Assembly (NCBI RefSeq): GCF_006345805.1
Contig: NC_042998.1
Location: 56,606,001 to 56,670,000 of the forward strand
DNA length: 64,000 nt
Direction: 5' to 3'
DNA from: Octopus sinensis
Lineage: Eukaryota
Below, in pieces: positions 46,954 to 60,126 of the stretch (positions within the stretch are counted from its first letter, which is position 1; each line of letters begins with the position of its first letter). Made by a program: the position numbers and the translations under genes. Below the pieces are notes generated by a model that was given only the letters and a program-made list of their open reading frames with translations, had not been told where the DNA came from and searched no databases.

Positions 46954-47164
46954 TATGACTAATATATAGTCTTTTTGACTATATATTAGACCACAGGAAA
47001 TGTAAATTTTAATTAATTTCCATTTCCCTTTATATGATTAAATACTATATATATATATATATATATACATACATACATACATATATATATATGTGTGTGC
47101 GTGTGTGTGTGTGTATGTGCGTGTGTGTGTGTGTGTGTGTGTGTGCGCGTGTGTGTGTGTGTGT

Positions 47165-47400
47165 GGAGGCGCGTGGCTTAGTGGTTAGGGTGTCAGCATC
47201 ATGATCGCAAGATTGTGATTTCGATTCCTGGACCGGGCGACGCGTTGTGTTCTTGAGCAAAACACTTCATTTCACGTTGCTCCAGTCCACTCAGCTGGCA
47301 AAAATGAGTAACGCTGCGATGGACTGGCGTCCCGTCCAGCCGGGAAACACATGCGTCACTGAAACCGGGAAACCGGGCCCACGAGCCTGGCTAGGCTTTA
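47165..47400 (+). mobile_element. tRNA-derived SINE family C (degenerate relatives at about 55447-55620 + and 62300-62450 -)
   Basis: ggaggcgcgtggcttagtggttagg (A box) and ttcgattcc (B box), followed by gtgttcttgagcaaaacactt. Confidence 0.75.
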
Positions 47401-47943
47401 AAAGGGCGCATTTATTTATTATTATTTATGCATGTATGTATATACGTGCGCGCGCATGCACACCTTGTCAGACTAAATGTTTTTCGTCAGCAAATGCGTG
47501 CAGGTTACTACCATCAAATGCATAATGCACAATGCAAGCACGCATGCACATACACACTCACGTACACACACAAGCATACATACGCATATACGTACATACA
47601 CTTATATATACATAGATGCATGCACATTTACATACATACATACGTACAGACTACAACCTACATACGCACGTGCTTGGCTGTAGAAAGAAATATATTTTAA
47701 AAAATCAAAGAGAAACGTTTACGTTAATATGTATCAGAGTTCATTCACACCGATGCTACTCAGAGTTTCCTGTTTGTGTCACGTTCCTCAAGAACGTGAG
47801 GTTCGTTACCATGGGAACATATACGTCAGTTTATAGACAGAGAAATAACTGCTTAGTGAATATTAAGAGGAGAAGAATGGAAATAAATATCATTGATCTA
47901 TAAAAGAGTCATAAATTAAAAAGAAAGTAAAATATATCAAACA

Positions 47944-48116
47944 TAGGCGCAGGAGTGGCTGTGTGATAAGTAGCTTGCTTAACAACCACATGGTTCTGGG
48001 TTCAGTCCCACTGCGTGGCATCTTGGGCAAGTGTCTTCTGCTATAGCCCTGGGCCGACCAATGCCTTGTGAGTGGATTTGGTAGATGGAAACTGAAAGAA
48101 GCCTGTCGTATATATG

Positions 48117-48155
<39 letters not shown>

Positions 48156-48525
48156 TTGTGTGCCTGTGTTTGTCCCCCTAGCATTGCTTGACAACCGATG
48201 CTGGTGTGTTTACGTCCCCGTCACTTAGCGGTTCGGCAAAAGAGACCGATAGAATAAGTACTGGGCTTACAAAGAATAAGTCCCGGGGTCGATTTGCTTG
48301 ACTAAAGGCGGTGCTCCAGCATGGCCGCAGTCAAATGACTGAAACAAGTAAAAGAGTAAAAAAAGAGATAGGCGCAGGAGTGGCTGTGTGGTAAGTAGCT
48401 TGCTTAACAACCACATGGTTCTGGGTTCAGTCCCACTGCATGGCACCTTGGGCAAGTGTCTTCTACTATAGCCTTGTCAGTGGATTTTGGTAGACGGAAA
48501 CTGAAAGAAGCCCGTCGTATATATG

Positions 48526-48559
<34 letters not shown>

Positions 48560-48832
48560 ATATATATATGTTGTGTGTGTGTTTGTGTGTGTTGTGTTGT
48601 GTGTGTTTGTGTGTGTTTGTGTCTGTGTCTGTGTTTGTCCCCCCAACATCGCTTGACAACCGATGCTGGTGTGCTTACGTTCCCGTAACTTAGCGGTTCG
48701 GCAAGAGAGACCGATAGAATAAGTAGTAGGCTTACAAAGAATAATTGTCCTGGGGTCGATTTGCTCGACTAAAGGCGGTGCTCCAGCATGGTCGCAGTCA
48801 AATGACTGAAACAAGTAAGAGAGTAAAAGAGT
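47944..48832 (+). mobile_element. Head-to-tail dimer of SINE family A (47944-48358, 48369-48832)
   Basis: Two near-full copies separated by about 10 bp of A-rich tail. Confidence 0.9.
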
Positions 48833-49279
48833 ATGTGCGAGTGTGACAAGTATCGCTTTTGTTGGTGACGAGTAAATAGTGAAACAATGCTAACGATGAT
48901 TTTTATTAAAATTCACCCAAAGTTTGGTCCCCCGTGCCACCCGTCCTCTATGAAAATCGTACTTGTATCACATCGCAACACTAAAGTAAGACTATTTCAC
49001 CTCAACTTACCATGCTCTCTTAAAAAATCATACCTAACACACAAGGGAAGAAAAACGATCTTACAAGCATTCAGACGGTCCCAACAAGTTCCAGATAAAT
49101 CACCTACAGATACATCTCTGCAAACAATAATCTTTTTATTTGAATGGGTTATCGTTTCCCCCAAATGACTGTAATATGAAACACTGTTAAATGTCTTACT
49201 GTTATAATTACTGTTACAATTAGATAAGTATTTTCTTGTCATACATAAATTCTGGCCGAAACTTATTCAGGTGTGTGTG

Positions 49280-49283
49280 TGTG

Positions 49284-49369
<86 letters not shown>

Positions 49370-50112
49370 GATCGTTTTTCTTTCCTCTCCCCCTTTTTTC
49401 TTCTTTTTTCTTCTCTTTTGATTTTTCTTTTTTTTTCCCTTTTTTCTTTTCTTTTTTCTTTTTTTTCTTTTCCTTTTCTTTCTTTTTTTGTTGTTCTTTT
49501 TTCCCTTTTACGATCCCTTTTGATCGAAAACCTACGCCACCTTTTTTTTTTCTCCCCCAAAAGAAAAGCTCTACCTTGTAACTTGTCCCATCTGTGTGCA
49601 GCCCTGTGTGGCCAATAAAGAAACTTATCTATCTATTTCTAGCCATACATACACACTCACATACACACACGTACATATGTGTATGTATTTATATATATGT
49701 GTAGGCGCAGGTGTGGCTGTGTGGTAAGAAACTTACTTCCCAGCTACATGGTTCTGGGTTCAGTCTCACTGCGTGGCACCTTGGGTAAGTGTTTTCTACT
49801 ATAGCCTCGGGCCAACAAAACCCTTGTGAGTTGATTTGGTGACGGAAACTGAAAGAAGCCCGTCGTGTATATGTATATATAAGTGTGTTTGTGTGTGTAT
49901 CTATCATTTCTGTGATTACGATCCCTATTGATCAATTTTTTTTCCTCTCCCCTTTTCTTTTTTTCCCTCTCCCCCCCTTTTTTGTCCTCTTTCTTTCCTT
50001 TTACGATCCCTTTTGATCGAAAACCAACCCCCTTTTTTTACCCCCCAAAGAAAAGCTCTACCTTGTAATTTGTTCTGTCTGTGTGCAGCCCTGTGTGGCT
50101 AATAAAGAAACA

Positions 50113-50185
<73 letters not shown>

Positions 50186-50570
50186 CTATCTATCTATTTC
50201 TAGCCACACACATACACCACCATGCGTACATATATGTATATGTATGTGTTTATATATATGTGTAGGCGCAGGTGTGGCTGTGTGGTAAGAAACTTGCTTC
50301 CCAGCTACATGGTTCTGGGTTCAGTCTCACTGCGTGGCACTTTGGGTAAGTGTTTTTTACTATAGCCTCGGGCCAACAAAACCCATGTGAGTGGATTTGG
50401 TGACGGAAACTGAAAGAAGCCCGTCGTGTATATTTATGTATATCTGTCTATGCGTGTGTCTTCCCATTTGTGTTTGTCACCCCACCACTGATTAAAATAT
50501 TCGACTAAAACCCTTCAAGGCGGTACCCCAGCACGGTTGCAGTCTAATGACTGAAACAAGTAAAAGATAA
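49280..50570 (+). repeat. Tandem duplication (~560-bp period) of a (TATC)n/pyrimidine-rich repeat plus SINE A head
   Basis: SINE heads at about 49701 and 50263 share private variants (aagaaactt, ccagctac, gtctcac, gccaacaaaaccc, ggtgacgg); the aaagaaaagctctaccttgtaa...aataaagaaac block is also duplicated. Confidence 0.8.
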
Positions 50571-50740
50571 AGGATGCACACGTATGTGTGTGTGTGTGTG
50601 CGTGTGTGTGTGTGCGTGTGTGTATGTTAATGTTTTTTATATCGACCGATTTAACATTAAACTGATGGATTATTCAATGTTTTTAATTTGAGTACATGCT
50701 TATTAGACATTGACTCATATATATATATATATATATATAT

Positions 50741-51148
50741 TACTCTTTACTCTTTTACTTGTTTCAGTCATTTGACTGCGACCATGCTGGAGCACCGCCT
50801 TTAGTCGAGCAAATCGACCCCGGGACTTATTCTTTGTAAGCCCAGTACTTATTCTATCGGTCTCTTTTGCCGAACCGCTAAGTGACGGGGACGTAAACAC
50901 ACCAGCATCGGTTGTCAAGCAATGCTAGGGGGACAAACACAGACACACAAACACAAACACACATACATATATATATATATATGCATATATACGACAGGCT
51001 TCTTTCAGTTTCCGTCTACCAAATCCACTCACAAGGCATTGGTCGGCCCGGGGCTATAGCAGAAGACACTTGGCCGAGGTGCCACGCAGTGGGACTGAAC
51101 CCGGAACCATGTGGTTGGTTAGCAAGCTACTTACCACACAGCCACTCC
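50741..51148 (-). mobile_element. SINE family A, full length
   Basis: Reverse complement of family A with CpGs intact. Confidence 0.9.
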
Positions 51149-51560
51149 ATATATATATATGGGGAAAATAAGACACGATAGAAAATGCTAAAATAATTTT
51201 GTCATGAAGAACATTTTAGTACCGGTTTCAGTCTTTGCAACTTTTTCAAATTAGAGCAAAGCATGAAAAACACTTAAATTGTAGAAAAATTAAATGAAAT
51301 GTTTAAAAAAATATTTCTATAGTTTTCAAATGCAAGGGACATTTTCCTTTTTTCAGTCTGTCTCTGTCTCTCATTTTTTACTCTTGTGAGGGTTTGGTAA
51401 CAGGTAGCAATTCAATTGCTTTTCATGCTTTACTCAAAGTTGAAAAAGTCGGAAAGACTGAAACCGATTCTAAAATGTTCATGATAAAATTATTTTACCA
51501 TTCTCTACATTGTCTTAGTTTCTTTATACATATCAACTCATGTGTTCCTTTTCAACCTTC

Positions 51561-51613
<53 letters not shown>

Positions 51614-51615
51614 CG

Positions 51616-51803
51616 GGTGCTGAAAAGTTCGTTGTTTTGGGTAAAAGAAAATGCCAGAGGATCAGTTAATCATGATTTCATTCAGCATATTCCCACTTAT
51701 TGCAGCGGTCCTTCAGTTTTTTCTCCCTGTAAAAGAACTCAGAAGATTGGGCCCCTAACCAGGCCTTTCGAGATACCCTTAAAGCCAGGAACTTTTCAGC
51801 ACC
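51616..51803. mobile_element. Mariner-derived MITE
   Basis: 15-bp TIR ggtgctgaaaagttc / gaacttttcagcacc. Confidence 0.75.
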
Positions 51804-51810
51804 ACCCCCC

Positions 51811-51862
<52 letters not shown>

Positions 51863-54294
51863 ATATATATATTTATACACGCGCGTGTGTGTTACGGTAA
51901 AGATAGCTTCTAAAATATCAATGTATATATAAATTTATCGTAATTTACTAAATTTATTATCCGGAAGCTATTATAGTTTAGGAGAAAATGTTAACATTGG
52001 AAAACGTCAGTGAATACAATGCTGTGGAATTTTTTCACCATTGTTACTGTACCGTTGCATGGTGTTGCGTGCTTGACAAAGCAACGCACAATTATCAATG
52101 CACAAAGCGATTATTTGAGAATAACAGATTTATTTTACTTTAAGATTAAGATTAAGTTTGATTGTCTGTCATTGCAAAAATCACTCCAAGTGGAAACTAT
52201 AATTACGTAAGGACGAATGGCGGAGTTGTATCAGACGATCTACTTATGACTTTTTTTGCATAATGTTGTTTTCCATAACGTTCAACTTCTGGAACAAGAT
52301 ACCTTAAATCAAGCGTTCACAGATTGGTTATTCGAACGAAAGAATTTCCCAGAGATGTACTTCAAAATTCCTACGAAAGATAACTCTTCCTGTCTTCACA
52401 TATGCGCTGCAAGTAAATGAAGCAAAACTGAAAATATTTGTCTTATAGTATGAAAGTTTATCATTCGATTTCTAAGAAATAAGCCTTTTATTGATTTCAA
52501 ATTTTGGCAATTGGCGAGTAAATTCGAGTAATGGGGTATGTTGATTACGTCGATCCTAGTATTCAACTGGTACTTATTTTAACGACCCCCAAAAGTATGA
52601 AAGGCAAAGTCAACTTCGGCGGAATTTGAACTCAGAATACACAGACGGACGAAATGCCACTAAGCATTTTTCCCGGTGGGCTAAAGGTTTTGCCCGCTCG
52701 CCGCTGAAGATTATTGCTTATTAACGATTTGTCTGCTAAAGCTGCTGTTGAGTAATGCAACACTGAAATTAAGGTGGACACGATTGAATATAATCCTATT
52801 AGAAAATACGTTGGATATTCTCCTATTTACTTTACATACGAAATTTTTGATAATGCTTGGGGCTGGTTGGAACATTTGTGGATGTATGTAGTTTTCTTCT
52901 TTCGGGTTTCATTTAGGGAAGGCTTACCTATGGACCAGTATCGGATGGTGTCTTGTTAATTAAAACGACTTTTAGGTTTATGGCTTTAACAAGTAAATAG
53001 TTCATAAATAGCATCCCTCGTAAGGAAGCAGATAAAAGAGAGATATTGTATGGCTTAATCCACCTTGCAGAAAGAAAGTAAAAACGAATATAGCGAGAAC
53101 CTTACTGTTATAATTACTTAAGTATTTTCTTGTCATACATAAATTCACACTCTTCCAACCATATTAAGACGAAAGTAAGATGCTGCTGTTTGGGCAACAT
53201 CGCCTAACAAATTATACAAAACAACTGAAAACACAAAGGTAGCTTACCCCTGCCGTCGCAGTCCTTACTCTAACAGCTAACTAACAATTTCTGTACCACG
53301 CAGAACTTTTATTAATATTTTATGTTTTCTTAAAGCGCAGGTAGACAGTCCCACTTCAATACCAAACAGTGCTTATTCAGATAAACTATGATGCAAACTT
53401 AATAGATATATCAGAGCTGATCTAATCAACACACATATACCTTAAGTTTAAGAGGCTGAATCAACTATCTCTTATCACAGTACATCTAGAAACTGAAATA
53501 CAGTGGGATTGCAAACGTCCTTATATCTAAGAATATTATAGAATCTGAACTCTTGTATAATCCTGGAGCAAAAAGGTGTGTGTTGTATTTATGGAGAAAT
53601 GTTTTATCCAAGCTTAATAATTATGGCACAGAATAGATTAAAATCTAGCTACATTACGAACGCAGGACAATGGTTTTGATAAAGCATTTAAAATTGCGAG
53701 TTGATAATAATACTCAAAATAAATTTTTCAACTTAATACAGTATTTGAACATGATCTCTAGTTGGCAGTCGCAAAAAAATGAATCACATTCAATTAGTAT
53801 AAACCAGTTCCACTTGATATTCGCCAATGCCAACAGAGGGGTTGGACTTATATTAACTACCTGGAATAAGGAATCAGTAATTGCTCTTACAGCCAGCCGT
53901 CATGATTGACCGTTAGTCCCTAAAGCTTTTTTTATTCTCTCTCTGTTTTTCTTCCCGTGTTCCTTTCTGTTGAAGAACGTAGGCTCGAAGCGTAAAAGAC
54001 TTTCTCACCTTCCCGAGCGTTAAACTAATACATCTGATGTTTATACACCTGTCTTCGTCTTTTGTTTTTCTCTAAATTCCAACTACATACATACATGCAT
54101 GCATACATACATACATACATACATACATACATACATACATACATACATACATACATACATACATACATACTACATACATACATACATACATACGTACGTA
54201 CGTACATAAATACATACATACATACATACATACATACATACATACATACATACATACATACATACATACATACACACACACACATACACACACA

Positions 54295-55170
54295 CAGAGG
54301 TAAACTGACATCTAAATGTTCAAAGAAGATTTCAAAAGTAGTCATTAGCGATTTTTCTTGAAAATCGACAAAATTTGGCATCGTGACTTTTCAAGTACCT
54401 GTAGAAAAAACAGGTTTAGCCCTCAAGGCTATTCATGATAGCTTTATCAACAGTGCAAAAGTGGGCAGCTGAATAGGGGAACGGAGAGTCTTGAAGATGA
54501 CCCAAGGTCTGGACGTCCTGCAGCAGTCACCAACGAAAAGAACATTGATCGTGTTCACCACATGCTGATCGATGTCAGGCGATTGACTATAAATCAAATA
54601 GCCAGTGCTATTAGCGTATTCCGCGAGGGAGTTGAGAATATTCTGCACACTGAACTTGGCATGTGGAAGGTTTCTGTTTGAGAGGTGCCACGACGTCTTC
54701 TGACACCTGATCAAATGCGCACAAGGCTGATCTCATCATGGGAAAATCTGACAATGTTTCGGGCAGATCCAGCTGATTCCCTCGAACGTTTCTTTAGCCA
54801 GGATGAGTGTTAGGTTCAACACTTTGAGCCTGAGACAAAGCGACAATACGTGCAGTGGAAATACTCCTCTTCACCTGCTCCAAAGAAGGCCATAATAGTT
54901 TCATCTACAGGGAAGGTAATGGCTTCAGTTTTTTGGGGACGCAAAAGGTATTGTGTTTAAAGAGTACTATGCCAACTTGCTGAGGCAGTTACGAAAGGCT
55001 ATCAAGACCAAACGTCCAGGAAATCTCACGAAAGAGATCTTGTTTCATCAAGACTATATGTCCCAGTACAAAACTTCTTGCTTTCAATGGGTGATGTGAG
55101 TGACTGTGACTTTGAACTCTCTATGAGAGTATCTTGGTCAGCCTATGAACTTTTCAACCGACCTTCGTAG
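54295..55170 (+). mobile_element. Degenerate mariner transposon
   Basis: EDDPRSGRP...TTKRTLIVF/RVHHML and KVS...VPRLLTPDQ remnants; terminus gcctatgaacttttcaaccgaccttcgta. Confidence 0.85.
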
Positions 55171-56203
55171 TAATATATTTTGGAATGATTTAGATAATTA
55201 CAAGACAAAAAGAACTGCAAATTTCTTGTCTTTATTATTTCTGTATCACGTATCTTGTCTGGGTATTGTAATTTTTACACACACACACACACGTGCACAC
55301 ACACACACACATGCACGCGCACACATACACACACATGCACGCGCACATATACATACACACACATATATATATATATACATATACACATATATACATGCAC
55401 ACACACACACCTGTCTTATGAATGTGCACCCAACACTGTACCCACTAGGCGCGTGGCCCTGTGGTTAGGTGTTGGGAACATAATCATAATGTCGTGAGTT
55501 CGACTCCTGACTTGGTTGAACGTTGTGTCTTTGAACATCGTATTTTATTTTAATTCACGTTGTTCAAGTAGACTTAGCGAAAAATAAACATCAACTGAGT
55601 GTTGGTGCAGTTCACTCTCTCTCACCAGCTGTCACATTCTTAATGTTCCACTGGGTTAAGGTTTGGAGCACCGATATTGCATCTATGTCTGTTTGTGAAT
55701 CCATAGACGTCTAAAACTATTAGCAAAGGAATTGTACATGCTATCTAGTCATAAACATTTATGAATGGCGGCTATGACTACCATTTTATATAATTTAATT
55801 GCAGCCAGCCTGTATTTGTTCACTCGCCAGACAAAATACAATGCTTTTAATAATGTCTGTTTTGAACCTCCACAAGCTGAAATATTGGAATAACTGGATA
55901 CGATACTATCCAGAACGAACAATTTAAAGTTATTGGTTAGAAAGAAATATTTAGCAGCAGTAGAGTTCAAGTGGATATAAATGTTTGGAAAGACGGATTG
56001 GAAAATTGTCTCGTCATGCACATGGGAGATTAATAGCAAGTATTTTCATGTACTGGAAGCTGTGTAGTTTCTAATGCATTGATATTAATATTTTTTAGAC
56101 TTAGGTCAATCTTGGATAGAGGAAACATGATAAAAAGCGTTCGAGTCATAGTCACTTTGCGTTTTTTCATATATAATTAATATAGCTTAGACCTTATTAT
56201 TTA

Positions 56204-56598
56204 ACTAGCAGTATCACCCGGCGTTGCTCGGGTTTGTTTCGACCCTTTAGAATTGGAGTTTTTGAAAAGTAAAAATTTTGCATTATGTAGCTTGTTATTC
56301 TCTTTAAGTGAACATTTTTCTGGTTGAAATTCACCGAAAAATGGCGACACAGCAGTAAAAAAATCGTAAAAAATAAGGATTTTCGTAGACATCCCCCCCA
56401 CCTTTTTGATGTAAATAATTTTTGGTCTTAACACGGTCCGATTTGAATTTTTTCTTCTACGGAAGGAAGAGCAAGCCTTCTTCTATCATACTTTCAATTT
56501 TGGTCAAATTGCGTCGCAGGGTCTCGGAGGAGATAGTGTTAGTTGAAGGCTACCAAACCTGCCATACACAGACAACTTCAGCTTTATATATAGAGAGA
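56204..56598 (+). mobile_element. Non-autonomous Helitron/Helentron-like element
   Basis: Same actagcagtatc.cccggcgttgctcggg terminus; ends gctttatatatagagagat. Confidence 0.7.
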
Positions 56599-57419
56599 TG
56601 AATCGTACCCCACTTTTTCCCTGAAAGGATAGCAAGAGTAGATTTAGATACATTATGACTGAAAAAGGACAGGATGGACATGGTTTGAAATTCTTCGATC
56701 ATAGTTTAGCTTAACCAATGCTGAATGAGACTAAATAGTCATAACAATAAATCATATTTAACTCATTAAAATATATTCCGAATCCCAACAAAAGGCAATA
56801 CAGAAAACTAAAGATACTGCTTTTATCTTCTTATTGAATTTCCCTATTCTAATAACATCCTTGAAACTTATGGCATATTAGCAAAATAACTAACCAATAT
56901 GCCATCGAGATCTCAACAAATTATCATGGGGTGTTAATCGAATTGAATACAAGGGATTTATTATTTATTATTTTTACTAAAAGATTGATATTTATCAGAT
57001 AGACGATGTTGTTTGTGACATTCGAATAGTTAACACTAGAAGACAACTGGTTAGAAGCTGTTACTTACGTTAGCATTCCCTCTCTTATTCAGCATAGCTC
57101 TTTCCTTTAAGAAAACCTGCGTAAGATTCCCTTTCTTCAGAGCTCCGATAATGTGTATATTTCAACAGGTACCTCAACGTGAGATGACTTTTATTAACGG
57201 ACATCTAGTAATTGTCAACACTCCCGATACACCAGAAACTTGTGAGCCCTTGCTGACTTTCAATTCTTTTTTTTTTTTTGCGTTGATGTGAAGGACTTAA
57301 CGGTAATGTCTTACACCAAACATCATCAAGTGGCGAATCTTAGTGGTTTGAATCCTGTCACTGCAAGATCTGATTTCTTGACATTTCTCAGTATTGCCAC
57401 TATACCAGCAGAACACTGT

Positions 57420-57612
57420 TTAGTGCTTGTCAGAGCAACATACAATTATTCGTGTGTAAATAGATAAGTTGGGAAGAGCATACTTCAATCAATGATTGAC
57501 ACAGATTTATTGACTGTCATTAGGAAAACCACCTGATCTGGAAACTGTAAGCATGTAAGAGTGGATGGGAGAGTGAAGTTTGATTCTTGGTCCAGTAGTA
57601 TGTTTTCCATAA
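57420..57612 (-). mobile_element. Degenerate Helitron PIF1-like helicase fragment
   Basis: Hand translation LPSTLTCLQFPDQVVFLMTVNKSVSIID*SMLFPTYLFTHE*LYVALTS matches helicase motifs QFP...AMTINKSQG...FSHGQLYVALSR. Confidence 0.75.
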
Positions 57613-57701
57613 TATTCAGCTTGTGTAACTAATACATTCATATAAATAAGTTACTGGGATTCTTGTTCCAATACAAAGTCTATTAACCTTATATAAATTT
57701 C

Positions 57702-58124
57702 GGATCTTTTCGGTTTGAACAGCAGTTTTTTCTAGTGGTGTCATATAAAATTGTCACCCATAATTATGACCCTAGTATCGATCTATTGCATTTCAATCTG
57801 TTTTAGGGTTAGGGTTAGAGTTAGGGTTAGGGGGAAGGGTATCTTTTTTCTTCAGAAATGTAAATAAACCCAATCTGTTTCTTAAACGAGGGACATATTC
57901 ATACGGCACAGAATGTTTTTTTTACCTCAATGGACGTCATTGATTGGTTGAAATTGCAAAAATTGAAAAAAAAACAACAAATATCTTACAGATTATAGAA
58001 TTTTCTCAATAAAGCCAAGAGAAAAAGATGTTTTATAAACACATTCTACCAGTATACGAAGTTTAAAAGTGTTTACTTACGTGGAAATTATTTAGAAAAA
58101 CTGCCGATCAAACAGAAAAGATCC
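57702..58124 (+). mobile_element. MITE with ~24-bp TIRs (GGATC...GATCC), 8-bp TSD TAAATTTC and internal TTAGGG repeats; Merlin-like by inference
   Basis: ggatcttttcggtttgaacagcag / ctgccgatcaaacagaaaagatcc; TSD at 57694-57701 and 58125-58132. Confidence 0.88.
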
Positions 58125-58347
58125 TAAATTTCATAACAGCATTATAACAAATCTCTTTAAACATTAATATCAATGCATTAGAAACTACATAGCTTCCAGT
58201 ACATGAAAATACTTGCTATTAATATCCCATGTGCATGACGAGACAATTTTCCAATCCGTCTTTCCAAACATTTATATCCACTTGAACTCTACTGCTGCTA
58301 AATATTTCTTTCTAGCCAATAACTTTAAATTGTTCGTTATAAATTTC

Positions 58348-58765
58348 GGATCTTTTCGGTTTGAACGGCAGTTTTTTCTAGCGGTGTCATATAAAATTGT
58401 CACCCATAATTATGACCCTAGTATCGATCTATTGCATTTCAATCTGTTTTAGGGTTAGGGTTAGGGGTGGGGGGAAGGGTATCTTTTTTCTTCAGAAATG
58501 TAAATAAACCCAATCTGTTTCTTAAACGAGGGACATATTCATACGGCACAGAATGTTTTTTTTACCTCAATGGACGTCATTGATTGGTTGAAATTGCAAA
58601 AATTGAAAAAAAACAACAACAAATATCTTACAGAATATAGAATTTTCTCAATAAAGCCAAGAGAAAAAGATGTTTTATAAACACATTCTACCAGTATACG
58701 AAGTTTAAAAGTGTTTACTTACGTGGAAATTATTTAAAAAACTGCCGATCAAACAGAAAAGATCC
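58348..58765 (+). mobile_element. Second copy of the same MITE, with identical TSD and right flank
   Basis: TSD TAAATTTC at 58340-58347 and 58766-58773. Confidence 0.88.
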
Positions 58766-59144
58766 TAAATTTCATAATAGCATTATAACAAATCTCTTTT
58801 CTCGAACTGCTTTCGTTCACTTTAGGATTCTCAAAATGTCATCTCTTCGTATATTCCATGTTTAGTTTCTTCCATCTGCCTCTGCCACTTTGTAATTCTC
58901 TTTATCTCTTTATCAATAATATACATGTATAGAAAAACAGAAATTATCTAGATCGGCACTTCAGTGTTTCAGAACAGTTAAGCATATCAATTAACACTGT
59001 ATTCTTATGTTTAAAATTTTATTTGTCTACATTATCTGCTGTGAAAGGCTATGGGTGTAGTAATAAAGTTACGTTTTCAAGAGGTGAAAAATAAAACCTA
59101 TTAAAAAGAAACCATCTTTTTAGAGGGAAAAAAAACCGACATGC

Positions 59145-59525
59145 ATCTCTCTATATAAACGGCAGTTTGTCTGTCTGTGTGTCTGTGTGTCTGTCAGGTT
59201 GTACCCTCACCCTGACCACGGCTTTCAACCGATTCTGATGAAACTTGACACACACATAGCCCAATGTCATAATTCAAAACTAAATTCAAAATTTTGAAAA
59301 GTTCCCCCAGTTCTGAAAAAAATCGATAAATTCGACATGGGGTCGAGAATCAGAAACACAAACCACAGACTGTCTAGGGGACGCAACTCGACCTTTTTAA
59401 CTAGCAAAAAAAATTTACCATAATTTTTTTCCCATTTTTTGGCTATTTTTTGGCTATAACTCTCTAAAAATGCTTTATAGTTATTTCCCTTACAAACCCG
59501 AGCAACGCCGGGCGATACTGCTAGT
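59145..59525 (-). mobile_element. Non-autonomous Helitron/Helentron-like element (3' remnant of a relative at about 42520-42712)
   Basis: Reverse-complement termini; shares about 80 bp with the 36877 copy. Confidence 0.7.
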
Positions 59526-59769
59526 AAAGGATAAATGATTTATCAGTCCTCATACATTGTTATACTGCTTATAAATTTTAGGAAAAGCTAATAAAGAACA
59601 AAAAGTATTTGTCCTATGATTTCAAGGAAATGAATTATAAAAAGTATATCGTAGCTTATTTACGTAAAACACAATCTTCTCGCAGTGCAGAGTAAATATG
59701 AAACTGAAAGTACCGTACTAACAAAGGAAGTATCAAAGTAAACCCTTTGATTTTTGCGTCTGCTTCTCA

Positions 59770-59773
59770 CTCC

Positions 59774-59838
<65 letters not shown>

Positions 59839-59929
59839 TTCCTTCCTTCCTTCCTTCTTTCTTTCTTTCTTTTTTCTTTCTTTCTTTCTTTCTTCCTTCT
59901 TTCTTCCTTCCTTCCTTCCTTCCTTTCTT

Positions 59930-59961
<32 letters not shown>

Positions 59962-60040
59962 CTTCCTTCCTTCCTTCCTTCTTTCTTTCTTTCTTTCTTT
60001 CTTCCTTCCTTCTTTCTTCCTTCCTTCCTTCCTTCTTCCT

Positions 60041-60122
<82 letters not shown>
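59770..60122. repeat. Polypyrimidine (CTTT)n/(CCTT)n/(CT)n tract
   Basis: Direct reading. Confidence 0.98.
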
Positions 60123-60126
<4 letters not shown>

